Source: Eledone cirrhosa
Taxonomy: Eukaryota
Direction: 5' to 3'
Assembly (NCBI GenBank): GCA_964016885.1
Contig: OZ024740.1
Coordinates: 441,750,001-441,814,000, forward strand
Length of the DNA: 64,000 nt
Shown in pieces: positions 19,170 to 39,500 of the stretch. The notes beneath the pieces are model-generated. The model was not told the origin of the DNA and did not search any database. It was given only the letters and a program-made list of their open reading frames with translations. Position numbers and translations under genes: made by a program. The first letter of the stretch is position 1; the number at the start of each line of letters is the position of its first letter.

Positions 19170-19690
19170 CCACAATATATATACGATATATATTACCACA
19201 ATATATATACGTTATATATTACCACAATATATATACGGTATATATTAGCACAATATATATACGATATATACTACCACAATATACATACGATATATATTAC
19301 CAGAATATACATACAGTATATATTACCACAATATATATACGATATATATTACCACAATATACATACGATATATATTCCCACAATATACTTATGATATATA
19401 TTACCACAATATACATACGTTATATATTACCACAATATATATACGATATATATTACCACAATATATATACGTTATATATTACCACAATATATATACGGTA
19501 TATATTAGCACAATATATATACGATATATACTACCACAATATACATACGATATATATTACCAGAATATACATACAGTATATATTACCACAATATATATAC
19601 GATATATATTACCACAATATACATACGATATATATTCCCACAATATACTTATGATATATATTACCACAATATACATACGTTATATATTAC
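19170..19690 (+). repeat. Tandem duplication of 10 monomers (260 bp), also present in the 29-kb and 39-kb units
   Basis: The TTAGCA, CCAGAAT..ACAGT and TTCCCACAATATACTTATG markers each occur twice, 260 bp apart (ATG at 19391/19651, 29431/29691, 38851/39111). Confidence 0.88.
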
Positions 19691-20229
19691 CACAATATAT
19701 ATACGATATATATTACCACAATATATATACGATATATATTACCACAATATATATACGTTATATACTACCACAATATACATACGGTATATATTACCACAAT
19801 ATATATACGATATATATTACCACAATATACAAACGATATATATTACCACAATATACATACGATATATATTACCACAATATATATACGTTATATATTACCA
19901 CAATATACATACGATATATACTACCACAAAATATATACGATATATATTACCACAATATATATACGTTATATATTACCACAATATACATACGATATATATT
20001 ACCACAATATACATACGATATATATTACCACAATATATATACGATATATATTACCACAATATAGATACGATATATATTACCACAATATACATACGATATA
20101 TATTACCACAATATATATACGATATATATTACCACAATATATATATGATATATATTACCACAATATACATAAGATATATATTACCACAATATACGTACGA
20201 TATATATTACCACAATATACGTACGATAT

Positions 20230-23200
20230 ATATTACCACAACATACATACGGTATATATTACCACAATATATATACGATATATATTACCACAATATACAT
20301 ACGACATATATTCCCACAATATACATACGATATATATTACCACAATATACGTACGATATATATTACCACAATATATATACGATATATATTACCACATTAT
20401 ACATACGATATCTACTACCACAATATATATACGTTATATATTACCACAATATATATACGATATATATTACCATAATATACATTCGGTATATATTACCACA
20501 ATTTATATGCGTTATATATTACCACAATATATATACGATATATATTACCACAATATATATACGTTATATATTACCACAATATATATACGATATATATTAC
20601 CACAATATACGTACGATATATATTACCACAATATATATACGATATACATTACCACAATATACATACGATATCTACTACCACAATATATATACGTTATATA
20701 TTACCACAATATATATACGATATATATTACCACAATATACATACGATATATACTACCACAATATATATACGTTATATATTACCACAATATATACACGATA
20801 TATATTACTACAATATACATACGATATATACTACCACAATATATATACGTTATATATTACCACAATATATATACGTTATATATTACCACAATATATATAC
20901 GATATATATTACCACAATATATATACGTTATATATTACCACAATATACATACGATATATATTACCACAATATACATACGATATATACTACCACAATAAAT
21001 ATACGTTATATATTACCACAACATATATACGATATATATTACCACAATATATATACGTTATATATTACCACAATATACATACGATATATATTTCCAGAAT
21101 ATACATACGATATATATTACCACAATATACATACGATATATATTCCCATAATATATATACGTTATATATTACCACAATATACATACGATATATAGTTCCA
21201 GAATATACATACGATATATATTACCACAATATATATACGTTATATATTACCACAATATACATACGATATATAATAACACAATATATATACGATATATATT
21301 ACCACAATATACATACGTTATATATTACCACAATATATATACGATATATATTACCACAATATATATACGATATATATTACCACAATATAAATACGATATA
21401 TATTGCCACAATATACTTATGATATATATTACCACAATATACATACGATATATAATAACACAATATATATACGATATATATTACCACAATATACATACGT
21501 TATATATTACCACAATATATATACGATATATATTACCACAATATATATACGATATATATTACCACAATATATATACGTTATATACTACCACAATATACAT
21601 ACGGTATATATTACCACAATATATATACGATATATATTACCACAATATATATACGTTATATATTACCACAATATACATACGATATATATTACCACAATAT
21701 ATATACGTTATATATTACCACAATATACATACGATATATATTACCACAATATATATACGATATATATTACCACAATATAGATACAATATATATTCCCACA
21801 ATATACATACGATATATATTACCACAATATATATACGATATATACTACCACAATATATATACGATATATACTACCACAATATATATACGTTATATATTAC
21901 CACAATATACATACGATATATATTACCACAATATACATACGATATATATTACCACAATATACATACGATATATAATACCACAATATATATACGATATATA
22001 TTACCACAATATATATACGTTATATACTACCACAATATACATACGGTATATATTACCACAATATATATACGATATATATTACCACAATATACATACGATA
22101 TATATTACCACAATATACATACGATATATATTACCACAATATATATACGTTATATATTACCACAATATACATACGATATATATTACCACAATATATATAC
22201 GATATATATTACCACAATATAGATACGATATATATTCCCACAATATACATACGATATATATTACCACAATATATATACGATATATACTACCACAATATAT
22301 ATACTATATATACTACCACAATATATATACGTTATATATTACCACAATATACATACGATATATATTACCACAATATATATAGGTTATATATTAATACAAT
22401 ATACATACGAGATATATTCCCACAATATATATACGTTATATATTACCACAATATATATACGTTATATACTACCACAATATACATACGGTATATAATACCC
22501 CAATATATATACGATATATATTACCACAATATACATACGATATATATTACCACAATATACATACGATATATATTACCACAATATATATACGTTATATATT
22601 ACCACAATATACATACGATATATACTACCACAAAATATATACGATATATATTACCACAATTTATATACGTTATATATTACCACAATATACATACGATATA
22701 TATTACCACAATATACATACGATATATATTACCACAATATATATAAGATATATATTACCACAATATACATACGATATATATTACCACAATATACATACGT
22801 TATATATTACCACAATATATATACGTTATATATTACCACAATATATATACGATATATATTACCCCAATATGCGTACGATATATATTACCACAATATACAT
22901 ACGTTATATATTACTACAATATACATACGGTATATATTACCACAATATATATACGATTTATACTACCACAATATATATACGTTATATATTACCACAATAT
23001 ATATACGACATATATTACCACAATATACATACGTTATATACTACCACAATATACATACGATATATATTACCACAATATATATATGATATATATTACCACA
23101 ATATATATACGATATATATTAATACAATATACATACGATATATATTACCAGAATATATATACGATATATATTACAACAATATATATCCGATATATACTAC

Positions 23201-25490
23201 CACAATATACATACGATATATATTACCACAATATACATACGATGTATATTACCACAATATACATACGGTATATATTACCACAATATATATACGATATATA
23301 TGACCACAATATATATACGATATATATTACCACAATATATATACGATATATATTACCACAATATATATACGATATATATTACCACAATATACATACGATA
23401 TATATTACAACAATATACTTACGTTATATATTACCACAATATACATACAGTATATATTACCACAATATATATACGATATATACTACCACAATATATATAC
23501 GTTATATATTACCACAATATACATACGATATATATTACCACAATATACATACGATATATATTACCCCAATATATATACGATATACACTACCACAATATAT
23601 ATACGATATATACTACCACAATATATATACGATATATACTACCACAATATATATACGTTATATATTACCACAATATATATACGATATATATTACCACAAT
23701 ATATAAACGTTATATACTACCACAATTTACATACGATATATATTACCACAACATACATACGGTATATATTACCACAATATATATACGATATATATTACCA
23801 CAATATACATACGACATATATTCCCACAATATACATACGATATATATTACCACAATATACGTACGATATATATTACCACAATATATATACGATATATATT
23901 ACCACATTATACATACGATATCTACTACCACAATATATATACGTTATATATTACCACAATATATATACGATATATATTACCATAATATACATTCGGTATA
24001 TATTACCACAATTTATATGCGTTATATATTACCACAATATATATACGATATATATTACCACAATATATATACGTTATATATTACCACAATATACATACGA
24101 TATATATTACCACAATATACGTACGATATATATTACCACAATATATATACGATATATATTACCACAATATACATACGATATTTACTACCACAATATATAT
24201 ACGTTATATATTACCACAATATATATACGATATATATTACCACAATATACATACGATATATACTACCACAATATATATACGTTATATATTACCACAATAT
24301 ATACACGATATATATTACCACAATATACATACGATATATACTACCACAATATATATACGTTATATATTACCACAATATATATACGTTATATATTACCACA
24401 ATATATATACGATATATATTACCACAATATATATACGTTATATATTACCACAATATACATACGATATATATTACCACAATATACATACGATATATACTAC
24501 CACAATAAATATACGTTATATATTACCACAACATATATACGATATATATTACCACAATATATATACGTTATATATTACCACAATATACATACGATATATA
24601 TTTCCAGAATATACATACGATATATATTACCACAATATACATACGATATATATTCCCATAATATATATACGTTATATATTACCACAATATACATACGATA
24701 TATAGTTCCAGAATATACATACGATATATATTACCACAATATATATACGTTATATATTACCACAATATACATACGATATATAATAACACAATATATATAC
24801 GATATATATTACCACAATATACATACGTTATATATTACCACAATATATATACGATATATATTACCACAATATATATACGATATATATTACCACAATATAA
24901 ATACGATATATATTGCCACAATATACTTATGATATATATTACCACAATATACATACGATTTATAATAACACAATATATATACGATATATATTACCACAAT
25001 ATACATACGTTATATATTACCACAATATATATACGATATATATTACCACAATATATATACGATATATATTACCACAATATATATACGTTATATACTACCA
25101 CAATATACATACGGTATATATTACCACAATATATATACGATATATATTACCACAATATATATACGTTATATATTACCACAATATACATACGATATATATT
25201 ACCACAATATATATACGTTATATATTACCACAATATACATACGATATATATTACCACAATATATATACGATATATATTACCACAATATAGATACGATATA
25301 TATTCCCACAATATACATACGATATATATTACCACAATATATATACGATATATACTACCACAATATATATACGATATATACTACCACAATATATATACGT
25401 TATATATTACCACAATATACATACGATATATATTACCACAATATACATACGATCTATATTACCACAATATACATACGATATATAATACCA
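20230..25490 (+). repeat. Direct repeat of ~1.75 kb inside the 10-kb unit (~20230-21990 and ~23740-25490), offset 3510 = 135 monomers
   Basis: ORFs 21403/24913 are identical and 21419/24929 share a start. The markers GTTCCAGA, TTCCCATA and TTGCCAC recur 3510 bp apart. The same pair is in unit 3 (40863/44373). Confidence 0.85.
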
Positions 25491-28400
25491 CAATATATAT
25501 ACGTTATATATTACCACAATATATATACGATATATATTACCACAATATATATACGTTATATATTACCACAATATACATACGATATATATTACCACAATAT
25601 ACATACGATATATATTACCACAATATATATACGATAAATACTACCACAATATACATACGATATATATTACCACAATATATATACGATATATATTACCACA
25701 ATATATATACGTTATATATTACCACAATATACATACGATATATATTACCACAATATATATACGATATATACTACCACAATATATATACGATATATATTAC
25801 CACAATATACATACGACATATATTACCACAATATACATACGGTATATACTACCACAATATATATACGATATATATTACCACAATATACATACGATATATA
25901 TTACCACAATATACACACGATATATACTACCACAATATATATACGTTATATATTACCACAATATATATACGTTATATATTACCACAATATATATACGATA
26001 TATATTACCACAATATATATACGTTATATATTACCACAATATACATACGATATATGTTACCACAATATAAATACGATATATATTACCACAATATACATAC
26101 GATATATACTACGACAATATACATACGATATATATTACCACAATATACATACTATATATATTACCACAATATACATATGATATATATTACCACAATATAC
26201 ATACGATATATATTACCACAATATACATACGATATATATTACACAATATACATACTGTATATATTACCACAATATATATACGATATATATTACCAAAATA
26301 TACATACAATATATATTAACATAATATACATACGATATATATTAATACAATATATATACGATATATATTATATTACCACAATATACATACGATATATATT
26401 ACCACAATATATATACGTTATATATTACCACAATATACATACGATATATATTACCACAATATACATAAGATATATATTACCTCAATATATATACGATATA
26501 TATTACCACAATATATATACGATATATATTACCACAATATATATACGATATATATTACCACAATATACATACGTTATATATTACCACAATATACATTCGT
26601 TATATATTACCACAATATACATACGATGTATACTACCACAATATACATACGATATATATTACCACAATATACATACGGTATATATTACCACAATATATAT
26701 ACGATATATATTACCACAATATACATACGATATATATTCCCACAATATATATACGATATATATTACCACAATATATATACGATATATATTACCACAATAT
26801 ATATACGTTATATATTACCACAATATACATACGATATATATTACCACAATATATATACGATATATATTACCACAATATAGATACGATATATAATACCACA
26901 ATATATATACGTTATATATTACCACAATATATATACGATATATATTACCACAATATATATACGTTATATATTACCACAATATACATACGATATATATTAC
27001 CACAATATACATACGATATATATTACCACAATATATATACGATAAATACTACCACAATATACATACGATATATATTACCACAATATATATACGATATATA
27101 TTACCACAATATATATACGTTATATATTACCACAATATACATACGATATATATTACCACAATATATATACGATATATACTACCACAATATATATACGATA
27201 TATATTACTACAATATACATACGACATATATTACCACAATATACATACGGTATATACTACCACAATATATATACGATATATATTACCACAATATACATAC
27301 GATATATATTACCACAATATTCATACGATATATATTACCACAATATATATACGTTATATATTACCACAATATATATACGTTATATACTACCACAATATAT
27401 ATACGGTATATATTACCACAATATATATACGATATATATTACCACAATATACATACGATATATATTACCACAATATTCATACGATATATATTACCACAAT
27501 ATATATACGTTATATATTAACACAATATACATACGATATATACTACCACAATATATATACGATATATATTACCACAATATATATACGTTATATATTACCA
27601 CAATATACATACGATATATATTACCACAATATATATAAGATATATATTACCACAATATACATACGATATATATTACCACAATATACATACGTTATATATT
27701 ACCACAATATATATACGTTATATATTACCACAATATATATACGATATATATTACCACAATATACATAAGATATATATTACCACAATATACATACGATATA
27801 TATTACCACAATATATATACGATATATATTACCACAATATTCATACGATATATATTACCACAATATACATACGATATATATTACCACAATATACATACGA
27901 TATATATTACCACAATATACATACGATATATATTACCACAATATATATACGATATATATTACCACAATATACATACGATATATATTACCACAATATACAT
28001 ACGATATATATTACCACAATATACATACGGTATACATTACCACAATATATATACGATATATATTACCACATTATATATACGATATATATTACCACAATAT
28101 ATATACGTTATATATTAATACAATATACATACGAGATATATTACCACAATATATATACGTTATATACTACCACAATATATATACAGTATATATTACCACA
28201 ATATATATACGATATATATTACCACAATATACATACGATATATATTACCACAATATACATACGATATATATTACCACGATATATATACGTTATATATTAC
28301 CACAATATACATACGATATATACTACCACAATATATATACGATATATATTACCACAGTGTATATTCGTTATATATTACCACAATATACATACGATATATA

Positions 28401-31400
28401 TTACCACAATATACATACGATATATATTACCACAATATATGTAATATATATATTACCACAATATACATACGATATATATTACCACAATATACATACGTTA
28501 TATATTACCACAATATATATACGTTATAAATTACCACAATATATATACGATATATATTACCACAATATACATATAATATGTATTACCACAATATACATAC
28601 GTTATATATTACCACAATATACATACAGTATATATTACCACAATATATATGCGATATATACTACCACAATATATATACGTTATATATGACCACAATATAC
28701 ATACGATATATATTACCACAATATACATACGTTATATATTACCCCAATATATATACGATATATACTACCACAATATATATACGATATATACTACCACAAT
28801 ATATATACGATATATACTACCACAATATATATACGTTATATATTACCACAATATATATACGATATATATTACCACAATATATAAACGTTATATACTACCA
28901 CAATTTACATACGATATATATTACCACAACATACATACGGTATATATTACCACAATATATATACGATATATATTACCACAATATACATACGACATATATT
29001 CCCACAATATACATACGATATATATTACCACAATATACGTACGATATATATTACCACAATATATATACGATATATATTACCACAATATACATACGATATC
29101 TACTACCACAATATATATACGTTATATATTACCACAATATATATACGATATATATTACCATAATATACATTCGGTATATATTACCACAATTTATATGCGT
29201 TATATATTACCACAATATATATACGATATATATTACCACAATATATATACGTTATATATTACCACAATATATATACGGTATATATTAGCACAATATATAT
29301 ACGATATATACTACCACAATATACATACGATATATATTACCAGAATATACATACAGTATATATTACCACAATATATATACGATATATATTACCACAATAT
29401 ACATACGATATATATTCCCACAATATACTTATGATATATATTACCACAATATACATACGTTATATATTACCACAATATATATACGATATATATTACCACA
29501 ATATATATACGTTATATATTACCACAATATATATACGGTATATATTAGCACAATATATATACGATATATACTACCACAATATACATACGATATATATTAC
29601 CAGAATATACATACAGTATATATTACCACAATATATATACGATATATATTACCACAATATACATACGATATATATTCCCACAATATACTTATGATATATA
29701 TTACCACAATATACATACGTTATATATTACCACAATATATATACGATATATATTACCACAATATATATACGATATATATTACCACAATATATATACGTTA
29801 TATACTACCACAATATACATACGGTATATATTACCACAATATATATACGATATATATTACCACAATATACAAACGATATATATTACCACAATATACATAC
29901 GATATATATTACCACAATATATATACGTTATATATTACCACAATATACATACGATATATACTACCACAAAATATATACGATATATATTACCACAATATAT
30001 ATACGTTATATATTACCACAATATACATACGATATATATTACCACAATATACATACGATATATATTACCACAATATATATACGATATATATTACCACAAT
30101 ATAGATACGATATATATTCCCACAATATACATACGATATATATTACCACAATATATATACGATATATATTACCACAATATATATATGATATATATTACCA
30201 CAATATACATAAGATATATATTACCACAATATACGTACGATATATATTACCACAATATACGTACGATATATATTACCACAACATACATACGGTATATATT
30301 ACCACAATATATATACGATATATATTACCACAATATACATACGACATATATTCCCACAATATACATACGATATATATTACCACAATATACGTACGATATA
30401 TATTACCACAATATATATACGATATATATTACCACATTATACATACGATATCTACTACCACAATATATATACGTTATATATTACCACAATATATATACGA
30501 TATATATTACCATAATATACATTCGGTATATATTACCACAATTTATATGCGTTATATATTACCACAATATATATACGATATATATTACCACAATATATAT
30601 ACGTTATATATTACCACAATATATATACGATATATATTACCACAATATACGTACGATATATATTACCACAATATATATACGATATACATTACCACAATAT
30701 ACATACGATATCTACTACCACAATATATATACGTTATATATTACCACAATATATATACGATATATATTACCACAATATACATACGATATATACTACCACA
30801 ATATATATACGTTATATATTACCACAATATATACACGATATATATTACTACAATATACATACGATATATACTACCACAATATATATACGTTATATATTAC
30901 CACAATATATATACGTTATATATTACCACAATATATATACGATATATATTACCACAATATATATACGTTATATATTACCACAATATACATACGATATATA
31001 TTACTACAATATACATACGATATATACTACCACAATAAATATACGTTATATATTACCACAACATATATACGATATATATTACCACAATATATATACGTTA
31101 TATATTACCACAATATACATACGATATATATTTCCAGAATATACATACGATATATATTACCACAATATACATACGATATATAGTTCCAGAATATACATAC
31201 GATATATATTACCACAATATATATACGTTATATATTACCACAATATACATACGATATATAATAACACAATATATATACGATATATATTACCACAATATAC
31301 ATACGTTATATATTACCACAATATATATACGATATATATTACCACAATATATATACGATATATATTACCACAATATAAATACGATATATATTGCCACAAT

Positions 31401-32529
31401 ATACTTATGATATATATTACCACAATATACATACGATATATAATAACACAATATATATACGATATATATTACCACAATATACATACGTTATATATTACCA
31501 CAATATATATACGATATATATTACCACAATATATATACGATATATATTACCACAATATATATACGTTATATACTACCACAATATACATACGGTATATATT
31601 ACCACAATATATATACGATATATATTACCACAATATATATACGTTATATATTACCACAATATACATACGATATATATTACCACAATATATATACGTTATA
31701 TATTACTACAATATACATACGATATATATTACCACAATATATATACGATATATATTACCACAATATAGATACAATATATATTCCCACAATATACATACGA
31801 TATATATTACCACAATATATATACGATATATACTACCACAATATATATACGATATATACTACCACAATATATATACGTTATATATTACCACAATATACAT
31901 ACGATATATATTACCACAATATACATACGATATATATTACCACAATATACATACGATATATAATACCACAATATATATACGATATATATTACCACAATAT
32001 ATATACGTTATATACTACCACAATATACATACGGTATATATTACCACAATATATATACGATATATATTACCACAATATACATACGATATATATTACCACA
32101 ATATACATACGATATATATTACCACAATATATATACGTTATATATTACCACAATATACATACGATATATATTACCACAATATATATACGATATATATTAC
32201 CACAATATAGATACGATATATATTCCCACAATATACATACGATATATATTACCACAATATATATACGATATATACTACCACAATATATATACTATATATA
32301 CTACCACAATATATATACGTTATATATTACCACAATATACATACGATATATATTACCACAATATATATAGGTTATATATTAATACAATATACATACGAGA
32401 TATATTCCCACAATATATATACGTTATATATTACCACAATATATATACGTTATATACTACCACAATATACATACGGTATATAATACCCCAATATATATAC
32501 GATATATATTACCACAATATACATACGAT

Positions 32530-35500
32530 ATATATTACCACAATATACACACGATATATACTACCACAATATATATACGTTATATATTACCACAATATAT
32601 ATACGTTATATATTACCACAATATATATACGATATATATTACCACAATATATATACGTTATATATTACCACAATATACATACGATATATGTTACCACAAT
32701 ATAAATACGATATATATTACCACAATATACATACGATATATACTACGACAATATACATACGATATATATTACCACAATATACATACTATATATATTACCA
32801 CAATATACATATGATATATATTACCACAATATACATACGATATATATTACCACAATATACATACGATATATATTACACAATATACATACTGTATATATTA
32901 CCACAATATATATACGATATATATTACCAAAATATACATACAATATATATTAACATAATATACATACGATATATATTAATACAATATATATACGATATAT
33001 ATTATATTACCACAATATACATACGATATATATTACCACAATATATATACGTTATATATTACCACAATATACATACGATATATATTACCACAATATACAT
33101 AAGATATATATTACCTCAATATATATACGATATATATTACCACAATATATATACGATATATATTACCACAATATATATACGATATATATTACCACAATAT
33201 ACATACGTTATATATTACCACAATATACATTCGTTATATATTACCACAATATACATACGATGTATACTACCACAATATACATACGATATATATTACCACA
33301 ATATACATACGGTATATATTACCACAATATATATACGATATATATTACCACAATATACATACGATATATATTCCCACAATATATATACGATATATATTAC
33401 CACAATATATATACGATATATATTACCACAATATATATACGTTATATATTACCACAATATACATACGATATATATTACCACAATATATATACGATATATA
33501 TTACCACAATATAGATACGATATATATTCCCACAATATACATACGATATATATTACCACAATATATATACGATATATACTACCACAATATATATACGATA
33601 TATACTACCACAATATATATACGTTATATATTACCACAATATACATACGATATATATTACCACAATATACATACGATATATATTACCACAATATACATAC
33701 GATATATAATACCACAATATATATACGTTATATATTACCACAATATATATACGATATATATTACCACAATATATATACGTTATATATTACCACAATATAC
33801 ATACGATATATATTACCACAATATACATACGATATATATTACCACAATATATATACGATAAATACTACCACAATATACATACGATATATATTACCACAAT
33901 ATATATACGATATATATTACCACAATATATATACGTTATATATTACCACAATATACATACGATATATATTACCACAATATATATACGATATATACTACCA
34001 CAATATATATACGATATATATTACTACAATATACATACGACATATATTACCACAATATACATACGGTATATACTACCACAATATATATACGATATATATT
34101 ACCACAATATACATACGATATATATTACCACAATATTCATACGATATATATTACCACAATATATATACGTTATATATTACCACAATATACATACGATATA
34201 TATTACCACAATATATATACGATATATATTACCACAATATAGATACGATATATATTCCCACAATATACATACGATATATATTACCACAATATATATACGA
34301 TATATACTACCACAATATATATACGATATATACTACCACAATATAAATACGATATATATTGCCACAATATACTTATGATATATATTACCACAATATACAT
34401 ACGATTTATAATAACACAATATATATACGATATATATTACCACAATATACATACGTTATATATTACCACAATATATATACGTTATATATTACCACAATAT
34501 ACATACGATATATATTACCACAATATATATACGATATATATTACCACAATATAGATACGATATATATTCCCACAATATACATACGATATATATTACCACA
34601 ATATATATACGATATATACTACCACAATATATATACGATATATACTACCACAATATATATACGTTATATATTACCACAATATACATACGATATATATTAC
34701 CACAATATACATACGATATATATTACCACAATATACATACGATATATAATACCACAATATATATACGTTATATATTACCACAATATATATACGATATATA
34801 TTACCACAATATATATACGTTATATATTACCACAATATACATACGATATATATTACCACAATATACATACGATATATATTACCACAATATATATACGATA
34901 AATACTACCACAATATACATACGATATATATTACCACAATATATATACGATATATATTACCACAATATATATACGTTATATATTACCACAATATACATAC
35001 GATATATATTACCACAATATACATACGATATATACTACCACAATATATATACGATATATATTACCACAATATACATACGACATATATTACCACAATATAC
35101 ATACGGTATATACTACCACAATATATATACGATATATATTACCACAATATACATACGATATATATTACCACAATATACACACGATATATACTACCACAAT
35201 ATATATACGTTATATATTACCACAATATATATACGTTATATATTACCACAATATATATACGATATATATTACCACAATATATATACGTTATATATTACCA
35301 CAATATACATACGATATATGTTACCACAATATAAATACGATATATATTACCACAATATACATACGATATATACTACGACAATATACATACGATATATATT
35401 ACCACAATATACATACTATATATATTACCACAATATACATATGATATATATTACCACAATATACATACGATATATATTACCACAATATACATACGATATA

Positions 35501-36520
35501 TATTACACAATATACATACTGTATATATTACCACAATATATATACGATATATATTACCAAAATATACATACAATATATATTAACATAATATACATACGAT
35601 ATATATTAATACAATATATATACGATATATATTATATTACCACAATATACATACGATATATATTACCACAATATATATACGTTATATATTACCACAATAT
35701 ACATACGATATATATTACCACAATATACATAAGATATATATTACCTCAATATATATACGATATATATTACCACAATATATATACGATATATATTACCACA
35801 ATATATATACGATATATATTACCACAATATACATACGTTATATATTACCACAATATACATTCGTTATATATTACCACAATATACATACGATGTATACTAC
35901 CACAATATACATACGATATATATTACCACAATATACATACGGTATATATTACCACAATATATATACGATATATATTACCACAATATACATACGATATATA
36001 TTCCCACAATATATATACGATATATATTACCACAATATATATACGATATATATTACCACAATATATATACGTTATATATTACCACAATATACATACGATA
36101 TATATTACCACAATATATATACGATATATATTACCACAATATAGATACGATATATATTCCCACAATATACATACGATATATATTACCACAATATATATAC
36201 GATATATACTACCACAATATATATACGATATATACTACCACAATATATATACGTTATATATTACCACAATATACATACGATATATATTACCACAATATAC
36301 ATACGATATATATTACCACAATATACATACGATATATAATACCACAATATATATACGTTATATATTACCACAATATATATACGATATATATTACCACAAT
36401 ATATATACGTTATATATTACCACAATATACATACGATATATATTACCACAATATACATACGATATATATTACCACAATATATATACGATAAATACTACCA
36501 CAATATACATACGATATATA
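32530..36520 (+). repeat. Direct repeat in the middle 10-kb unit, offset 2630 (101 monomers + 4 bp)
   Basis: ORF starts pair as 32688/35318 and 33260/35890. The +4 equals one 1-bp deletion plus one 5-bp insertion, both carried by the block. Confidence 0.85.
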
Positions 36521-39500
36521 TTACCACAATATATATACGTTATATATTACCACAATATACATACGATATATATTACCACAATATATATACGATATATACT
36601 ACCACAATATATATACGATATATATTACTACAATATACATACGACATATATTACCACAATATACATACGGTATATACTACCACAATATATATACGATATA
36701 TATTACCACAATATACATACGATATATATTACCACAATATTCATACGATATATATTACCACAATATATATACGTTATATATTACCACAATATATATACGT
36801 TATATACTACCACAATATATATACGGTATATATTACCACAATATATATACGATATATATTACCACAATATACATACGATATATATTACCACAATATTCAT
36901 ACGATATATATTACCACAATATATATACGTTATATATTAACACAATATACATACGATATATACTACCACAATATATATACGATATATATTACCACAATAT
37001 ATATACGTTATATATTACCACAATATACATACGATATATATTACCACAATATATATAAGATATATATTACCACAATATACATACGATATATATTACCACA
37101 ATATACATACGTTATATATTACCACAATATATATACGTTATATATTACCACAATATATATACGATATATATTACCACAATATACATAAGATATATATTAC
37201 CACAATATACATACGATATATATTACCACAATATATATACGATATATATTACCACAATATTCATACGATATATATTACCACAATATACATACGATATATA
37301 TTACCACAATATACATACGATATATATTACCACAATATACATACGATATATATTACCACAATATATATACGATATATATTACCACAATATACATACGATA
37401 TATATTACCACAATATACATACGATATATATTACCACAATATACATACGGTATACATTACCACAATATATATACGATATATATTACCACCTTATATATAC
37501 GATATATATTACCACAATATATATACGTTATATATTAATACAATATACATACGAGATATATTACCACAATATATATACGTTATATACTACCACAATATAT
37601 ATACAGTATATATTACCACAATATATATACGATATATATTACCACAATATACATACGATATATATTACCACAATATACATACGATATATATTACCACGAT
37701 ATATATACGTTATATATTACCACAATATACATACGATATATACTACCACAATATATATACGATATATATTACCACAGTATATATACGTTATATATTACCA
37801 CAATATACATACGATATATATTACCACAATATACATACGATATATATTACCACAATATATGTAATATATATATTACCACAATATACATACGATATATATT
37901 ACCACAATATACATACGTTATATATTACCACAATATATATACGTTATAAATTACCACAATATATATACGATATATATTACCACAATATACATATAATATG
38001 TATTACCACAATATACATACGTTATATATTACCACAATATACATACAGTATATATTACCACAATATATATGCGATATATACTACCACAATATATATACGT
38101 TATATATGACCACAATATACATACGATATATATTACCACAATATACATACGTTATATATTACCCCAATATATATACGATATATACTACCACAATATATAT
38201 ACGATATATACTACCACAATATATATACGATATATACTACCACAATATATATACGTTATATATTACCACAATATATATACGATATATATTACCACAATAT
38301 ATAAACGTTATATACTACCACAATTTACATACGATATATATTACCACAACATACATACGGTATATATTACCACAATATATATACGATATATATTACCACA
38401 ATATACATACGACATATATTCCCACAATATACATACGATATATATTACCACAATATACGTACGATATATATTACCACAATATATATACGATATATATTAC
38501 CACAATATACATACGATATCTACTACCACAATATATATACGTTATATATTACCACAATATATATACGATATATATTACCATAATATACATTCGGTATATA
38601 TTACCACAATTTATATGCGTTATATATTACCACAATATATATACGATATATATTACCACAATATATATACGTTATATATTACCACAATATATATACGGTA
38701 TATATTAGCACAATATATATACGATATATACTACCACAATATACATACGATATATATTACCAGAATATACATACAGTATATATTACCACAATATATATAC
38801 GATATATATTACCACAATATACATACGATATATATTCCCACAATATACTTATGATATATATTACCACAATATACATACGTTATATATTACCACAATATAT
38901 ATACGATATATATTACCACAATATATATACGTTATATATTACCACAATATATATACGGTATATATTAGCACAATATATATACGATATATACTACCACAAT
39001 ATACATACGATATATATTACCAGAATATACATACAGTATATATTACCACAATATATATACGATATATATTACCACAATATACATACGATATATATTCCCA
39101 CAATATACTTATGATATATATTACCACAATATACATACGTTATATATTACCACAATATATATACGATATATATTACCACAATATATATACGATATATATT
39201 ACCACAATATATATACGTTATATACTACCACAATATACATACGGTATATATTACCACAATATATATACGATATATATTACCACAATATACAAACTATATA
39301 TATTACCACAATATACATACGATATATATTACCACAATATATATACGTTATATATTACCACAATATACATACGATATATACTACCACAAAATATATACGA
39401 TATATATTACCACAATATATATACGTTATATATTACCACAATATACATACGATATATATTACCACAATATACATACGATATATATTACCACAATATATAT

